A program made the translations under genes and the position numbers. From Candidatus Saccharimonadota bacterium (GTDB lineage: Bacteria; Patescibacteriota; Gracilibacteria; UBA4473): DNA of 32,000 nucleotides. Below, one piece after another: positions 17,383 to 25,754 of this stretch (positions within the stretch are counted from its first letter, which is position 1; each line of letters begins with the position of its first letter). The notes beneath the pieces were generated by a model that made no database searches, had not been told where the DNA came from, and was given only the letters and a program-made list of their open reading frames with translations. The stretch lies in the NCBI GenBank assembly GCA_020632335.1, contig JACKFV010000002.1, positions 30,001 to 62,000 of the forward strand, in the 5' to 3' direction.

Positions 17383-18996
17383 CTAACGAGGGCTCTTGTC
17401 CGTCGCGGCAATCAGCCCGGCAAAGAGCGGGTGCGGCGTGAACGGACTGCTGATAAACTCCGGGTGGAACTGCGACGCGATCATATACGGGTGGCCCTCT
17501 ACCTCCACGATCTCGGGCAGCTTATGTGACGGGTCCCAGCCGCTCACCCGTAGGCCGGCCGCCTCCAGCGCAGGGGTATAGCGCGTGTTGATCTCATAGC
17601 GGTGGCGGTGCCGCTCGGTTATCTGCTCCTTGCCATACAGCCGGTGTGCCAGCGTGCCCGGGGTAATGAGGCAGTCGTAGGCTCCTAGGCGCATGGTGCC
17701 GCCCTTATCAGTGATGGTGCGCTGCTCGGGGATGAAGTGCACGATGTGGTGTTGGCTTTTGCCCTCCTCATCGAATTCCTCGCTGGTGGCGTCTGTCATA
17801 CCCAGTACGTTGCGCGCGTACTCTATAGCCAGTATCTGTGACCCCAGGCACAGCCCCAGGTAGGGCTTTTTTCGCTCTCGGCAGTACTGCGCCACGCGGA
17901 TCTTCCCCTCTATCCCACGAATGCCAAAGCCCCCCGGCACCACGATGCAGTCCATGCTCGCTAGCTTCTGGCGCTCTAGGTGGTCGTCCATCTCTATCTT
18001 CTCGGTGTCTATCCAGGTGATGTGCGGCTCCAAGTGCGCGTTATAGGCGGCTGACTCTAGGGCCTCTATGACGGATTTATACGCGTCGTCTAGCCCCACG
18101 TACTTGCCCGCCAAGCCGATGCTGACGCTCCCCACCGTGTGCTGGCGCCGCTCATACCCGGCCTTCCAGTGGTGCATCTGGGGCGCTTTGCCGGTGATGC
18201 CAAACTTCTCGAGAATTTTCTCCCCCACCTTCTGCGCGTCAAAATGCAGCGGCACGGCGTAGATGCTCTCTACCGTCGGTGCGGGGATGACACACTGCGG
18301 CTCGATATCGGCAAAGAGTGAGATCTTCTCCAGCAGCGATTCCGGCACGGGTTTATCTGCCCGGGCAAAGAGGAGATCTGCTCGCAGGCCACGACGATTC
18401 AGCTCCCGCACCGCCAGCTGCATGGGCTTGGTCTTGAGCTCCCCAGCGCCCTGCAGGTAGGGTACCAGCCCCAGCATGGCCACCCGCACCTGGTCATGGT
18501 ACTGGGTTTTCATCCGCCGCACGGCCTCAAGGAAGGGGTCGGCCTCGATATCGCCCACCGTGCCGCCTAGCTCTATGAGCATCACCTCGGCGTCGTAGGC
18601 CTCGGCCAGGCCCTCTATACGCTGCTGGATGGCGTCTGTAATGTGTGGCACCACCTGTATCGTGCCCCCCAGGTAGCTGCCTTCTCGCTCGCCCTGCAGC
18701 ACCTGCTGGTAGATCTTCCCCGCGCTCACACTGCAGTCCCGCTGCATAGAGAGGCCCGTGAACCGCTCATAATACCCCAGGTCGAGGTCGGTCTCCGCGC
18801 CATCGTTGAGTACAAAGACCTCCCCGTGCTGGTAGGGGCTCATGGTCCCCGGGTCGATATTGAGGTAGGGGTCCAGCTTCATGATGCCGATACGCACCCC
18901 CGCGCTGCGCAGTATGGTGGCGATGGAGGCCGCGCAGATGCCCTTTCCCAGGCTACTACAAACCCCCCCCACCACAAAAAGATAACGGCGATCCAT
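17383..18996 (-). CDS. pyrG: CTP synthase
   Basis: N-terminal GGVCSSLGKG. Glutaminase domain GLCLGSQ and HRHRYE. 537 aa. Confidence 0.95.
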   Translation of the reverse strand: MDRRYLFVVGGVCSSLGKGICAASIATILRSAGVRIGIMKLDPYLNIDPGTMSPYQHGEVFVLNDGAETDLDLGYYERFTGLSMQRDCSVSAGKIYQQVLQGEREGSYLGGTIQVVPHITDAIQQRIEGLAEAYDAEVMLIELGGTVGDIEADPFLEAVRRMKTQYHDQVRVAMLGLVPYLQGAGELKTKPMQLAVRELNRRGLRADLLFARADKPVPESLLEKISLFADIEPQCVIPAPTVESIYAVPLHFDAQKVGEKILEKFGITGKAPQMHHWKAGYERRQHTVGSVSIGLAGKYVGLDDAYKSVIEALESAAYNAHLEPHITWIDTEKIEMDDHLERQKLASMDCIVVPGGFGIRGIEGKIRVAQYCRERKKPYLGLCLGSQILAIEYARNVLGMTDATSEEFDEEGKSQHHIVHFIPEQRTITDKGGTMRLGAYDCLITPGTLAHRLYGKEQITERHRHRYEINTRYTPALEAAGLRVSGWDPSHKLPEIVEVEGHPYMIASQFHPEFISSPFTPHPLFAGLIAATDKSPR

Positions 18997-19002
18997 GCGC
19001 TT

Positions 19003-19031
19003 AGTGTAGATTCCTCCCTGAGGGGTGTCAA
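19003..19031 (-). promoter_or_regulatory. pyrG promoter: TTGACA-17 nt-TACACT, 6 nt before the ATG
   Basis: The minus strand reads cTTGACA-cccctcagggaggaatc-TACACT-aagcgc-ATG, with a consensus -35 at optimal spacing. Confidence 0.65.
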
Positions 19032-19075
19032 GTAGCGGGTGTAGAGAGAAATCAAAGAACCTTCATATACAGGGG

Positions 19076-19103
19076 TTGGCAGCCAGCGCGAGGGGAGTAG
19101 GGT
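19076..19103 (+). promoter_or_regulatory. promoter TTGGCA-16 nt-TAGGGT, 6 nt before the ATG at 19110
   Basis: TTGGCA at 19076-19081, TAGGGT at 19098-19103, then aggggt-ATG. Confidence 0.55.
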
Positions 19104-19109
19104 AGGGGT

Positions 19110-20153
19110 ATGCAGTCGCTGTACTTCGACGCCGCCGCTACCACCCCCCTCGCACCAGAGGCCGCCGACGCGATGGACGCCCTGCGCGATACCTGGGGGA
19201 ATAGTGCCTCGCAGCACCACCTGGGGAGGGAGTCCAGAGCTGTGGTAGAGCGCTCGCTCACCCGCATAGCCGAGGTACTAGGGGTGTCACCGCATCAGCT
19301 GACTCCTACGCATGGCGGCACCCACGGGAACCAGCAGGTGCTCCAGGTGGCTGCGCGGCGGTGGGGGTGGGCGCACCTTTATGCCAGCACGGTGGAGCAC
19401 AGCAGCGTTGTTGACCTCCTCCTGCCCGAGAATCGCTTTGACCCTATGACCTTTGCGGGTACCCGCCCGGAGGCCAGGCTGCTGGCTCTCATGCAGGTGA
19501 ATAACGAGACCGGTGCCATCTATGATATCGCAGCGCTGCGGCGCTCCTTCCCGGACGCGGTGCTCCTCAGCGACTGGGTACAGGCCGTGCACCGGGTGCC
19601 CCACAGCTGGCTGGCGGAGGTAGATATAGCGACCTTCAGCGCGCATAAATTCGGTGGACCTAAGGGCATGGGTGTGCTCTATACCGCGGTACCAGAGGCC
19701 TGGCCGGAGCTCACCGCGCAGCACCACACCGTAGACCACGTGCGGCTGGCGGGCATGGCGGCGGCGCTCCTGCGTGACCCCAAGGCCGAGCATCTCCAGC
19801 GCCTCACGCTCCACCTCCAGCAACTGCTGCAGGCCTCTGTACCCGGGCTGATTATCCACCGCCATGGCATTGCTCAGGCTAGTGGTATCCTCAGCGTGAG
19901 TGTGCCAGGGGTGCGTGGAGCGCAGATAATGCGCCTACTGGACACCGAAGAGGCCCTCTGTGTGAGCACCGGCGCGGCCTGCACGCGGAATATTTTTGCT
20001 CCCTCACGCGTGCTCCAGGCCATCACCAGCGACACGCAGCACCACTACCCCGTGCGACTGAGCCTGCATACGGGCTTGACGCTGGAGGATACCGAACACT
20101 TGGCCGCCGCCTTTGCCAGCATTGTGGGGCAGCTGCGGGCACAAGTGCGGTGA
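19110..20153 (+). CDS. class-V aminotransferase / cysteine desulfurase (short NifS/IscS-like)
   Basis: PLP-lysine motif SAHKFGGPKGMG and active-site loop VSTGAACT. 347 aa, shorter than canonical IscS. Confidence 0.8.
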   Translation: MQSLYFDAAATTPLAPEAADAMDALRDTWGNSASQHHLGRESRAVVERSLTRIAEVLGVSPHQLTPTHGGTHGNQQVLQVAARRWGWAHLYASTVEHSSVVDLLLPENRFDPMTFAGTRPEARLLALMQVNNETGAIYDIAALRRSFPDAVLLSDWVQAVHRVPHSWLAEVDIATFSAHKFGGPKGMGVLYTAVPEAWPELTAQHHTVDHVRLAGMAAALLRDPKAEHLQRLTLHLQQLLQASVPGLIIHRHGIAQASGILSVSVPGVRGAQIMRLLDTEEALCVSTGAACTRNIFAPSRVLQAITSDTQHHYPVRLSLHTGLTLEDTEHLAAAFASIVGQLRAQVR

Positions 20154-20158
20154 TTTTA

Positions 20159-20186
20159 TTGACACCCGGGCGAGGATTTCTACCCT
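20159..20186 (+). promoter_or_regulatory. candidate promoter of the tRNA-Gly/tRNA-Tyr pair: TTGACA-16 nt-TACCCT
   Basis: TTGACA at 20159-20164, TACCCT at 20181-20186. The tRNA 5' end is at 20213. Confidence 0.45.
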
Positions 20187-20212
20187 GTGGGGGGCTTCTT
20201 TTATAGCGCGGC

Positions 20213-20287
20213 GCACGTGTCGTATAATGGCTATTACCACGGCCTTCCAAGCCGTTGACGCGAGTTCGATTCTCGCCACGTGCTCCA
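20213..20287 (+). tRNA. tRNA-Gly (anticodon UCC), CCA encoded
   Basis: Hand-folded cloverleaf. Acceptor GCACGTG/CACGTGC, anticodon stem ACGGC/GCCGT with loop CTTCCAA, T arm GCGAG-TTCGATT-CTCGC, discriminator T, CCA at 20285-20287. Confidence 0.9.
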
Positions 20288-20297
20288 TTTCTCCCGT

Positions 20298-20382
20298 GGA
20301 GGGATAGTGAAGCGGTCAAACACAACAGACTGTAAATCTGTCGGCTCAGCCTTCGCAGGTTCGAATCCTGCTCCCTCCACCA
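20298..20382 (+). tRNA. tRNA-Tyr (anticodon GUA), class II long variable arm, CCA encoded
   Basis: Acceptor GGAGGGA/TCCCTCC, anticodon stem ACAGA/TCTGT with loop CTGTAAA, variable arm GGC-TCA-GCC, T arm GCAGG-TTCGAAT-CCTGC, A73, CCA at 20380-20382. Confidence 0.9.
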
Positions 20383-20390
20383 GTATGTTT

Positions 20391-21797
20391 CTACTCATAG
20401 GTGATGGCCTCTGTTTTTTCCGTGTACCGCCAGCGGTGCAATAGCCGCTCGTACCCCGGGCTGAAGAGACACCACCCCCACAGCACTATGAGGAGCCCGA
20501 GCACGCTATACCCCACCGTGGGGGAGACTACCCGTAGCGGGATGCTGGAGGTGAGCTGCGCCAGGTGCAGCGTGAGCTCGAGAAGACTCCAGACCCCCGC
20601 ACCCAGCAGGTAGCCCAGCCATGGGGTCACTGGCCCGAGCAGCAGTAGCACTACCCCCAGAAGCATCACCAGCGGGACAACTGGCTCGATGAGGACATTG
20701 GCGATGAGCCCCGCCGGGTACCACACCCCAAACTGCAGCAGCTGCAGCGGCAGAGTGCTGAGGGTCGCGATGAGACTCACCCCCAGGAGATCCCACAGCA
20801 GCCGAGACGCCCCTCGCAGTGCCACTCCCTCCCACAGCGGCAGCAGGGTAATAATGCCCAGCGTGGCCAGCACACTCAGCTGGAAGCCAATATCAAAGAG
20901 CAGTATCCTCGGCGTCACCGCGGCCATGAGCAGCACCGTCAGCAGCAGCACGTTGGGCATGTCCGCCATTCGCCCCTGGCTGATACCCCAGCCCGCCACC
21001 AGCCCCATGATGCTACTGCGCACCACTGGCGCGTCGGCCCCCGTCACCAGGCAGTAGAAGAGCACCACCCCCACACTACTCCAGAAGACCACCCGCCGCC
21101 CCAACCGTCGGAACAGGAGCGACACAAAGACCATCAGCACGGTGATGTTATAGCCGCTCACCACCAAGATGTGCTGGAGGGTACTGTGACGAAAAAGCGC
21201 CTCCGTGCGTGGTGGGAGGTCCTCCCGTATGCCCAGCAATATACCGCTGAGCAGCTGGCGGTGCGGCACGGGTAGCAGCCTTTTTAACCGAGATTCACTC
21301 CACTGTCGCAGGCTATAGGCCCACTGCAGGAGCGGATTTCCCTCAGCTGGTGCCACGAGCGCTGCCTCCTCCGCCCGCACAATATGTGTGATGCCATACC
21401 GCAGCAGGTAGCCCCGGTAGTCAAAACTCCCCAGCACGGTGGGCAGCTGCAGCTTACCGGTTATCTCCAGGCGGTCGCCATAGCCCCAGCTATTGTGCCT
21501 CTGGTCCCGCAGGAGCACCCGGGCGCGGGTCTGGCTAGCCGGTGGAGGGATATGCAGCCAGTCGTAGTACCAGTGGGGGCTGCTATAGTGGGTGAGCTCT
21601 AGCGTAGCCTGACGATGAGAGAGCCGTTGCTCAGGGAAGCTCACCACCTGCCCCAGGAGGGTCACCGGCTGCGCAAGCGGCAGCACTGGCACTGGTGGCG
21701 CTGGGCGCAGACTCCAGAGGGCCAGCAGCGCAATACCCATGCACAATAAAACCCGGAGTATGCGCTCCGGCGTAGCATAGCGGGCACTAGAGGTCAT
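20391..21797 (-). CDS. comEC: ComEC/Rec2 family DNA-uptake channel protein, without a C-terminal metallo-beta-lactamase domain
   Basis: N-terminal OB-like region followed by a polytopic competence domain (LLSGILLGIREDLP, many TM helices). 468 aa. Confidence 0.75.
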   Translation of the reverse strand: MTSSARYATPERILRVLLCMGIALLALWSLRPAPPVPVLPLAQPVTLLGQVVSFPEQRLSHRQATLELTHYSSPHWYYDWLHIPPPASQTRARVLLRDQRHNSWGYGDRLEITGKLQLPTVLGSFDYRGYLLRYGITHIVRAEEAALVAPAEGNPLLQWAYSLRQWSESRLKRLLPVPHRQLLSGILLGIREDLPPRTEALFRHSTLQHILVVSGYNITVLMVFVSLLFRRLGRRVVFWSSVGVVLFYCLVTGADAPVVRSSIMGLVAGWGISQGRMADMPNVLLLTVLLMAAVTPRILLFDIGFQLSVLATLGIITLLPLWEGVALRGASRLLWDLLGVSLIATLSTLPLQLLQFGVWYPAGLIANVLIEPVVPLVMLLGVVLLLLGPVTPWLGYLLGAGVWSLLELTLHLAQLTSSIPLRVVSPTVGYSVLGLLIVLWGWCLFSPGYERLLHRWRYTEKTEAITYE

Positions 21798-21805
21798 CGT
21801 GCGGG

Positions 21806-22300
21806 TTAAGCAGCTTCAGTAACCGGAGCCTCTGCATCTGTGTCTGCAGCTGCGTCCTCAACGATTTCCGCAGCAGTATCTTCCGCTTCCGCTACAGGTG
21901 CTGCTGGCTCTGTGATTGCTGCCTTTTCCACGGTTATGTGCTCCAGTGTAAAGGGCACTTCCTGCATCCGCAGTGATTTCCCGCTCAGGTCTCGCACGTA
22001 GTTCAGCTTGGCTCGGCGTACCTTGTGCGCGCGCTTCACGTCTATCTGCACGATGCTGGGGGAGTGCAGCGGAAACACCTTCTCGACCCCCACACCACTG
22101 GCGATATTTCGCACGGTGAAGGTCGCGTTGATCCCGTCGTTACTATTTTTCACGCCGATCACCATCCCCTTGAAGATCTGGATCCGCTCTTTCTTCCCCT
22201 CTGTGATGCGCTGGTGCACCTCCACACGGTACCCGGGGCGCAGCGCGGGGACGCTGTCTTTACAATAGGCGTTAGAAAATTGGCGTACGCGGGCGTCCAT
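21806..22300 (-). CDS. rplS: 50S ribosomal protein L19 with an acidic Ala-rich C-terminal extension
   Basis: Core RPGYRVEVHQRITEGKKERIQIFKGMVIGVKN...FTVRNIASGVGVEKVFPLHSP...RRAKLNYVR. The start is placed at ATG 22300 (MDARVRQF...) by alignment to typical L19 N-termini. In-frame alternatives are ATG 22336 and TTG 22354. Confidence 0.85.
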   Translation of the reverse strand: MDARVRQFSNAYCKDSVPALRPGYRVEVHQRITEGKKERIQIFKGMVIGVKNSNDGINATFTVRNIASGVGVEKVFPLHSPSIVQIDVKRAHKVRRAKLNYVRDLSGKSLRMQEVPFTLEHITVEKAAITEPAAPVAEAEDTAAEIVEDAAADTDAEAPVTEAA

Positions 22301-22465
22301 GAAAGAGGGGGCAATTACACTCTTGCAATCTAACATAGTTGGCAGGGGTGGCAAATTTTTTTACGACTTCTTCATCTGGGAGTTCATGAGGTCTTCACGC
22401 ATCAGCCGTTCAGCCCGTACCCCTTTGGTATATCTGGGGGATTTCCCTCACGACTTTCTTCATAC

Positions 22466-22477
22466 ATATGTACATAT
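22466..22477. repeat. 12-bp perfect palindrome ATATGTACATAT in the rplS-fusA intergenic region
   Basis: Read directly from the sequence. It overlaps a TAATAT -10-like box on the minus strand. Confidence 0.6.
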
Positions 22478-22558
22478 TAGAGGACAGAGAGTAGCGGGGC
22501 GTCCCGAGTTTGACAGCGGTGCTTTCTGCCCTACCATCGCCGTGTAATTCTTTACGCT

Positions 22559-24640
22559 ATGACCAAGCACTATCCGCTCAACCGGGTTCGTAACATCGGT
22601 ATTATTGCGCATATCGACGCGGGAAAAACCACCGTGTCTGAGCGCATCCTCTTCTACACCGGGGTGAACCACAAGATAGGCGAAGTGCACGAGGGCCAGG
22701 CCACCATGGACTGGATGGAGCAAGAGCAGGAGCGGGGGATCACCATTACCTCTGCAGCCACCACGTGCTTCTGGAATGACTGCCAGATCAACATCATCGA
22801 CACGCCCGGGCACGTGGACTTCACCGTAGAGGTAGAGCGTAGCCTGCGGGTGCTGGATGGTGCGGTGGCGATCTTCGACGGGGTGAGTGGCGTAGAGCCC
22901 CAGTCCGAGACGGTATGGCGCCAGGCCGACCGCTATGGCGTGCCGCGCATGTGCTTTATCAATAAGCTGGACCGTACCGGGGCTAGCTTCATGCGCAGCT
23001 ACCAGAGTATCCTCGACCGCCTGTGTCGCGACGCCCTGCCCATCCAGCTGCCCATCGGCGAGGAAAGTGCCTTCAAAGGACTGGTGGATCTGGTGGGGAA
23101 CTGCGCCTATATCTACCATGATGACTTGGGGCAGGAGATCGAGAAGATTGCCATCCCGGCCGATATGACAGATCTGGCCGCGGAGTGGCGAGAGAAACTG
23201 GTGGAGAATGTGGCGGGCACCGACGAAGTGCTGATGCATAAGTACCTGGAGGAGGGCTCGCTGACCGAAGCAGAGCTCAAAGAGGGCATCCGTAAAGCCA
23301 CGCTCGCGGGGGATCTGGTGCCAGTACTCACGGGTACGGCGCTCAAGAACAAAGGGGTGCAACTGCTGCTGGACGCCGTAACGGCCTACCTCCCCAGCCC
23401 TCTGGACATCCCCCCTGCAGAAGGCAAAGACCCCGAGAACCCCGAGGTTACCCTGGTGCGCAAACCAGACGATAAAGAGCCCCTGGCAGCCCTGGCGTTC
23501 AAGGTAGCGACTGACCCTTATGTAGGGCGGCTGACCTTTGTGCGGGTCTACAGCGGAGTGATGGAGAGCGGCAGCTACGTCTATAACCCTACCAGTGGGC
23601 AAAAGGAGCGCATCGGGCGACTGCTGCAGATGCACGCTAATAAGCGGGAGGAGATCAGCGTGATCCCCGCGGGGCAGATAGGCGCGGTAGTGGGGCTGAA
23701 GAGCACCAAGACCGGCGAGACGCTCTGCGACGATAAACAGCCCATTGTGCTGGAGAGTATGGAATTCCCCGAGCCGGTGATTTCTATCTCCGTTGAGCCC
23801 AAGAGTAAGGCTGATCAGGAGAAAATGAGCCTGGCGCTGAGCAAGCTGGCGGAGGAGGACCCTACCTTCAAAGTGCATACCGACGAAGAAACCAACCAGA
23901 CCATCATCAGCGGTATGGGTGAGCTGCACCTGGATATCATTGTGGACCGTATGAAGCGGGAATTCAAGGTGGAGTGTAATATCGGTCAGCCGCAGGTGGC
24001 CTACCGCGAGACGATTCAGGAGGAGGTGGAGTCTAAGTACACGCACAAGAAACAGACCGGTGGACGCGGGCAGTTCGGGGAGGTGGTGTGTAAAATCCGC
24101 CCTGGTAAGCCGGGCCATGGCTTTGTCTTCATCAATAGTATCAAGGGGGCATCTATCCCGAACGAGTACATCCCCGGGTGTGAGAAGGGCTTTGCAGAGG
24201 CCATGACGCGTGGTATCCGCGCGGGTTACCCGGTGGTAGACGTGGAGGTCGAGCTCATCGACGGGAGCTACCATGACGTGGATTCGAGCGAGTTGGCATT
24301 CAAGATTGCCGCGGCACAGGCCTTCAAGGAGGGAGCCGTACGCGCTAAACCGGTCATCCTCGAGCCGATGATGAATGTAGAGATTACCACGCCAGAGGAC
24401 TACATGGGGGATGTCATGGGGAATGTGAGCGGTAAGCGCGGGATCATCCAGGAGAGTGGTGACCGTGGCCTGGCCAAGTACATCAAGGCGCAGATACCGC
24501 TAGCGAACATGTTTGGTTACGCCACTGACCTCCGGAGTATGACCCAGGGCCGCGCCAACTACTCTATGGAATTTGCCAACTACGTGAAAGCGCCGAATAC
24601 CGTAGCAGATCAGATCATCGCTGAGCGCTCCGGAAAGTAG
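22559..24640 (+). CDS. fusA: translation elongation factor G
   Basis: G1 [10 protein letters not shown]3 DTPGHVDF, G4 NKLD, and domains II-V clearly present. 693 aa. Confidence 0.96.
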   Translation: MTKHYPLNRVRNIGIIAHIDAGKTTVSERILFYTGVNHKIGEVHEGQATMDWMEQEQERGITITSAATTCFWNDCQINIIDTPGHVDFTVEVERSLRVLDGAVAIFDGVSGVEPQSETVWRQADRYGVPRMCFINKLDRTGASFMRSYQSILDRLCRDALPIQLPIGEESAFKGLVDLVGNCAYIYHDDLGQEIEKIAIPADMTDLAAEWREKLVENVAGTDEVLMHKYLEEGSLTEAELKEGIRKATLAGDLVPVLTGTALKNKGVQLLLDAVTAYLPSPLDIPPAEGKDPENPEVTLVRKPDDKEPLAALAFKVATDPYVGRLTFVRVYSGVMESGSYVYNPTSGQKERIGRLLQMHANKREEISVIPAGQIGAVVGLKSTKTGETLCDDKQPIVLESMEFPEPVISISVEPKSKADQEKMSLALSKLAEEDPTFKVHTDEETNQTIISGMGELHLDIIVDRMKREFKVECNIGQPQVAYRETIQEEVESKYTHKKQTGGRGQFGEVVCKIRPGKPGHGFVFINSIKGASIPNEYIPGCEKGFAEAMTRGIRAGYPVVDVEVELIDGSYHDVDSSELAFKIAAAQAFKEGAVRAKPVILEPMMNVEITTPEDYMGDVMGNVSGKRGIIQESGDRGLAKYIKAQIPLANMFGYATDLRSMTQGRANYSMEFANYVKAPNTVADQIIAERSGK

Positions 24641-24665
24641 CTTTTATCAACGATATACTCACCAG

Positions 24666-24692
24666 AAAGACCCTCAATGCGGGGTCTTTTTT
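24666..24692 (+). terminator. Rho-independent terminator of fusA
   Basis: AAAGACCC (24666-24673) / GGGTCTTT (24682-24689) with an 8-nt loop, running into TTTTTT (24687-24692). Confidence 0.7.
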
Positions 24693-24704
24693 GGCGGATA
24701 AGCG

Positions 24705-24732
24705 TTGACCATATGCCCTCAGTTTCTACACT
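24705..24732 (+). promoter_or_regulatory. tRNA-Met promoter: TTGACC-16 nt-TACACT
   Basis: TTGACC at 24705-24710, TACACT at 24727-24732. The mature tRNA 5' end is at 24743. Confidence 0.55.
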
Positions 24733-24742
24733 CCGTACAGTG

Positions 24743-24818
24743 GGGCGAGTAGCTCAGAGGTTAGAGCAGGGCGCTCATAACGCCTTGGCCGGGGGTTCAA
24801 TTCCCTCCTCGCCCACCA
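24743..24818 (+). tRNA. tRNA with CAU anticodon (elongator Met, or Ile2 if C34 is lysidinylated), CCA encoded
   Basis: Acceptor GGGCGAG/CTCGCCC (G1-C72 paired, so not an initiator). D arm GCTC-AGAGGTTA-GAGC. Anticodon stem GGGCG/CGCCT with loop CTCATAA. T arm GGGGG-TTCAATT-CCCTC. A73, CCA at 24816-24818. Met versus Ile2 cannot be decided by eye. Confidence 0.9.
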
Positions 24819-24838
24819 TTTCATGTCATGACAAACAA
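24790..24838 (+). repeat. att-like repeat copy A (genuine tRNA-Met 3' part plus 20 nt downstream)
   Basis: TTGGCCGGGGGTTCAATT-CCCTCCTC-GCCCACCATT-tcatg-TCATGACAAACAA. Shares TTCAATT, GCCCACCATT and CATGACAAA with copies B and C. Confidence 0.6.
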
Positions 24839-24853
24839 CTTCCCTCATTTAAC

Positions 24854-25549
24854 ATGAAAGAAGATAATAAAAAAATATTTGGTGAGTACAGAAAAGAGGC
24901 TCTTGATTTTTGGAGGAAAGAAACGGGAAGAGCAGACGAAAAAGAATGTGAAGAGTCTTCAATTTACGAAGGTGCGTACGAATGTCGATGGCAAGGCGAG
25001 TTACCCGAACCAAAACATAACAGCTTTTTTTGCTCAATGGGTAATTTTGCAAGCAATGTAGATGATTTGTTGACTGATTCAAGGAGAGATGAAGTAGACA
25101 TTCAAAAAGCTTTGAATGATCCTGAAAATCATGATTGTGGAGCTTTGTACCGATTTTACACGCGTATTTTACTGGTTGCTGAAACAATCGTTGAAGATTT
25201 TGAGATGGTTTTACAAAAAGACCTTCCCAAGTCAGCAAAAAATTTGAAGAAATTTGTAAATGCTGTCATCAAGCATAGTTGTAAAAATGGACGAGGGATA
25301 CACTTTTACAAAAAAAACCACCACCTACCTCTTTTGATCGAACATTGGGGATTTGGTGATGATGATTCTGAAATGAAAGAATTGTCAGTTGATACGTTAG
25401 GCAAGGATGATTACAATTGCCTACGATTGCCAAGTCTTTACTCGATAGTTGAAAGTCTTCTTGATTGTTATAAAAAGCTGGATGAGAAACTTAAAGATGA
25501 TGATTTTGCGAAAAATTTTCACTATACCTATACAAAAACATGGGATTAG
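24854..25549 (+). CDS. hypothetical protein, 232 aa, orphan (cassette ORF 1)
   Basis: ATG at 24854 (MKEDNKKIFGEY...), in frame with ORF-track entry 24677-25549, whose first 59 codons read through the tRNA and are discarded. AT-rich codons. Several Cys and acidic patches. No motif I recognise. Confidence 0.6.
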   Translation: MKEDNKKIFGEYRKEALDFWRKETGRADEKECEESSIYEGAYECRWQGELPEPKHNSFFCSMGNFASNVDDLLTDSRRDEVDIQKALNDPENHDCGALYRFYTRILLVAETIVEDFEMVLQKDLPKSAKNLKKFVNAVIKHSCKNGRGIHFYKKNHHLPLLIEHWGFGDDDSEMKELSVDTLGKDDYNCLRLPSLYSIVESLLDCYKKLDEKLKDDDFAKNFHYTYTKTWD

Positions 25550-25598
25550 TAAGGGGTAGTGGCAAATTGCCTCCCTCCTACCCGTGACAATCTGTCAC
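25549..25598 (+). repeat. cassette junction element, copy 1
   Basis: GTAAGGGGTAGTGGCAAATTGCCTCC (25549-25574) plus CGTGACAATCTGTCAC (25583-25598). Begins at the last base of the ORF1 stop codon. Contains inverted repeats GGCAA-A-TTGCC and GTGACA-ATC-TGTCAC. Confidence 0.65.
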
Positions 25599-25688
25599 GA
25601 CCTGATGTAAATATTGCACCTGAGACGAGTTTGGATTTCCCCATTTTTGTACTACACTTTTAATGGTCATGACAAACAAGTCATCGTA

Positions 25689-25751
25689 CCGTTTGGCTGG
25701 TAGTTCAATTGCTGTCTTGTCTAGCCCACCATTGATTATCATGACAAAGAA
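25689..25751 (+). repeat. att-like repeat copy B (decayed tRNA-Met 3' segment)
   Basis: CCGTTTGGCTGGTAG-TTCAATT-GCTGTCTTGTCTA-GCCCACCATT-gatta-TCATGACAAAGAA. The block TCAATTGCTGTCTT (25705-25718) is identical to 26150-26163. ATG of ORF2 lies 21 nt after the core. Confidence 0.6.
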
Positions 25752-25754
25752 CTC

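Noticed and set aside
22348-22357. The 10-mer GTGGCAAATT upstream of rplS matches the core of the island junction element (GTGGCAAATTGCC)
   Set aside because: This is a single 10-nt match with no flanking similarity. A chance match of this length somewhere in 64 kb of two-strand sequence is not improbable (on the order of a few percent).
22460-24274. 604-aa ORF on the minus strand
   Set aside because: It lies entirely antisense to fusA, whose translation carries unmistakable EF-G motifs. The antisense product is Arg/Leu/His/Gly-rich low-complexity sequence, typical of GC-driven shadow ORFs.
24677-24853. N-terminal 59 codons of ORF-track entry 24677-25549, reading through the fusA terminator and the whole tRNA-Met gene
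   Set aside because: The stretch covers a terminator, a promoter and a well-folded tRNA. Composition changes abruptly at 24819. The internal ATG at 24854 begins the AT-rich coding part. I considered an SSV-style integrase split across an att site, but the protein has no recombinase features, and the frame upstream of ORF2 is closed (TAG at 25722-25724).
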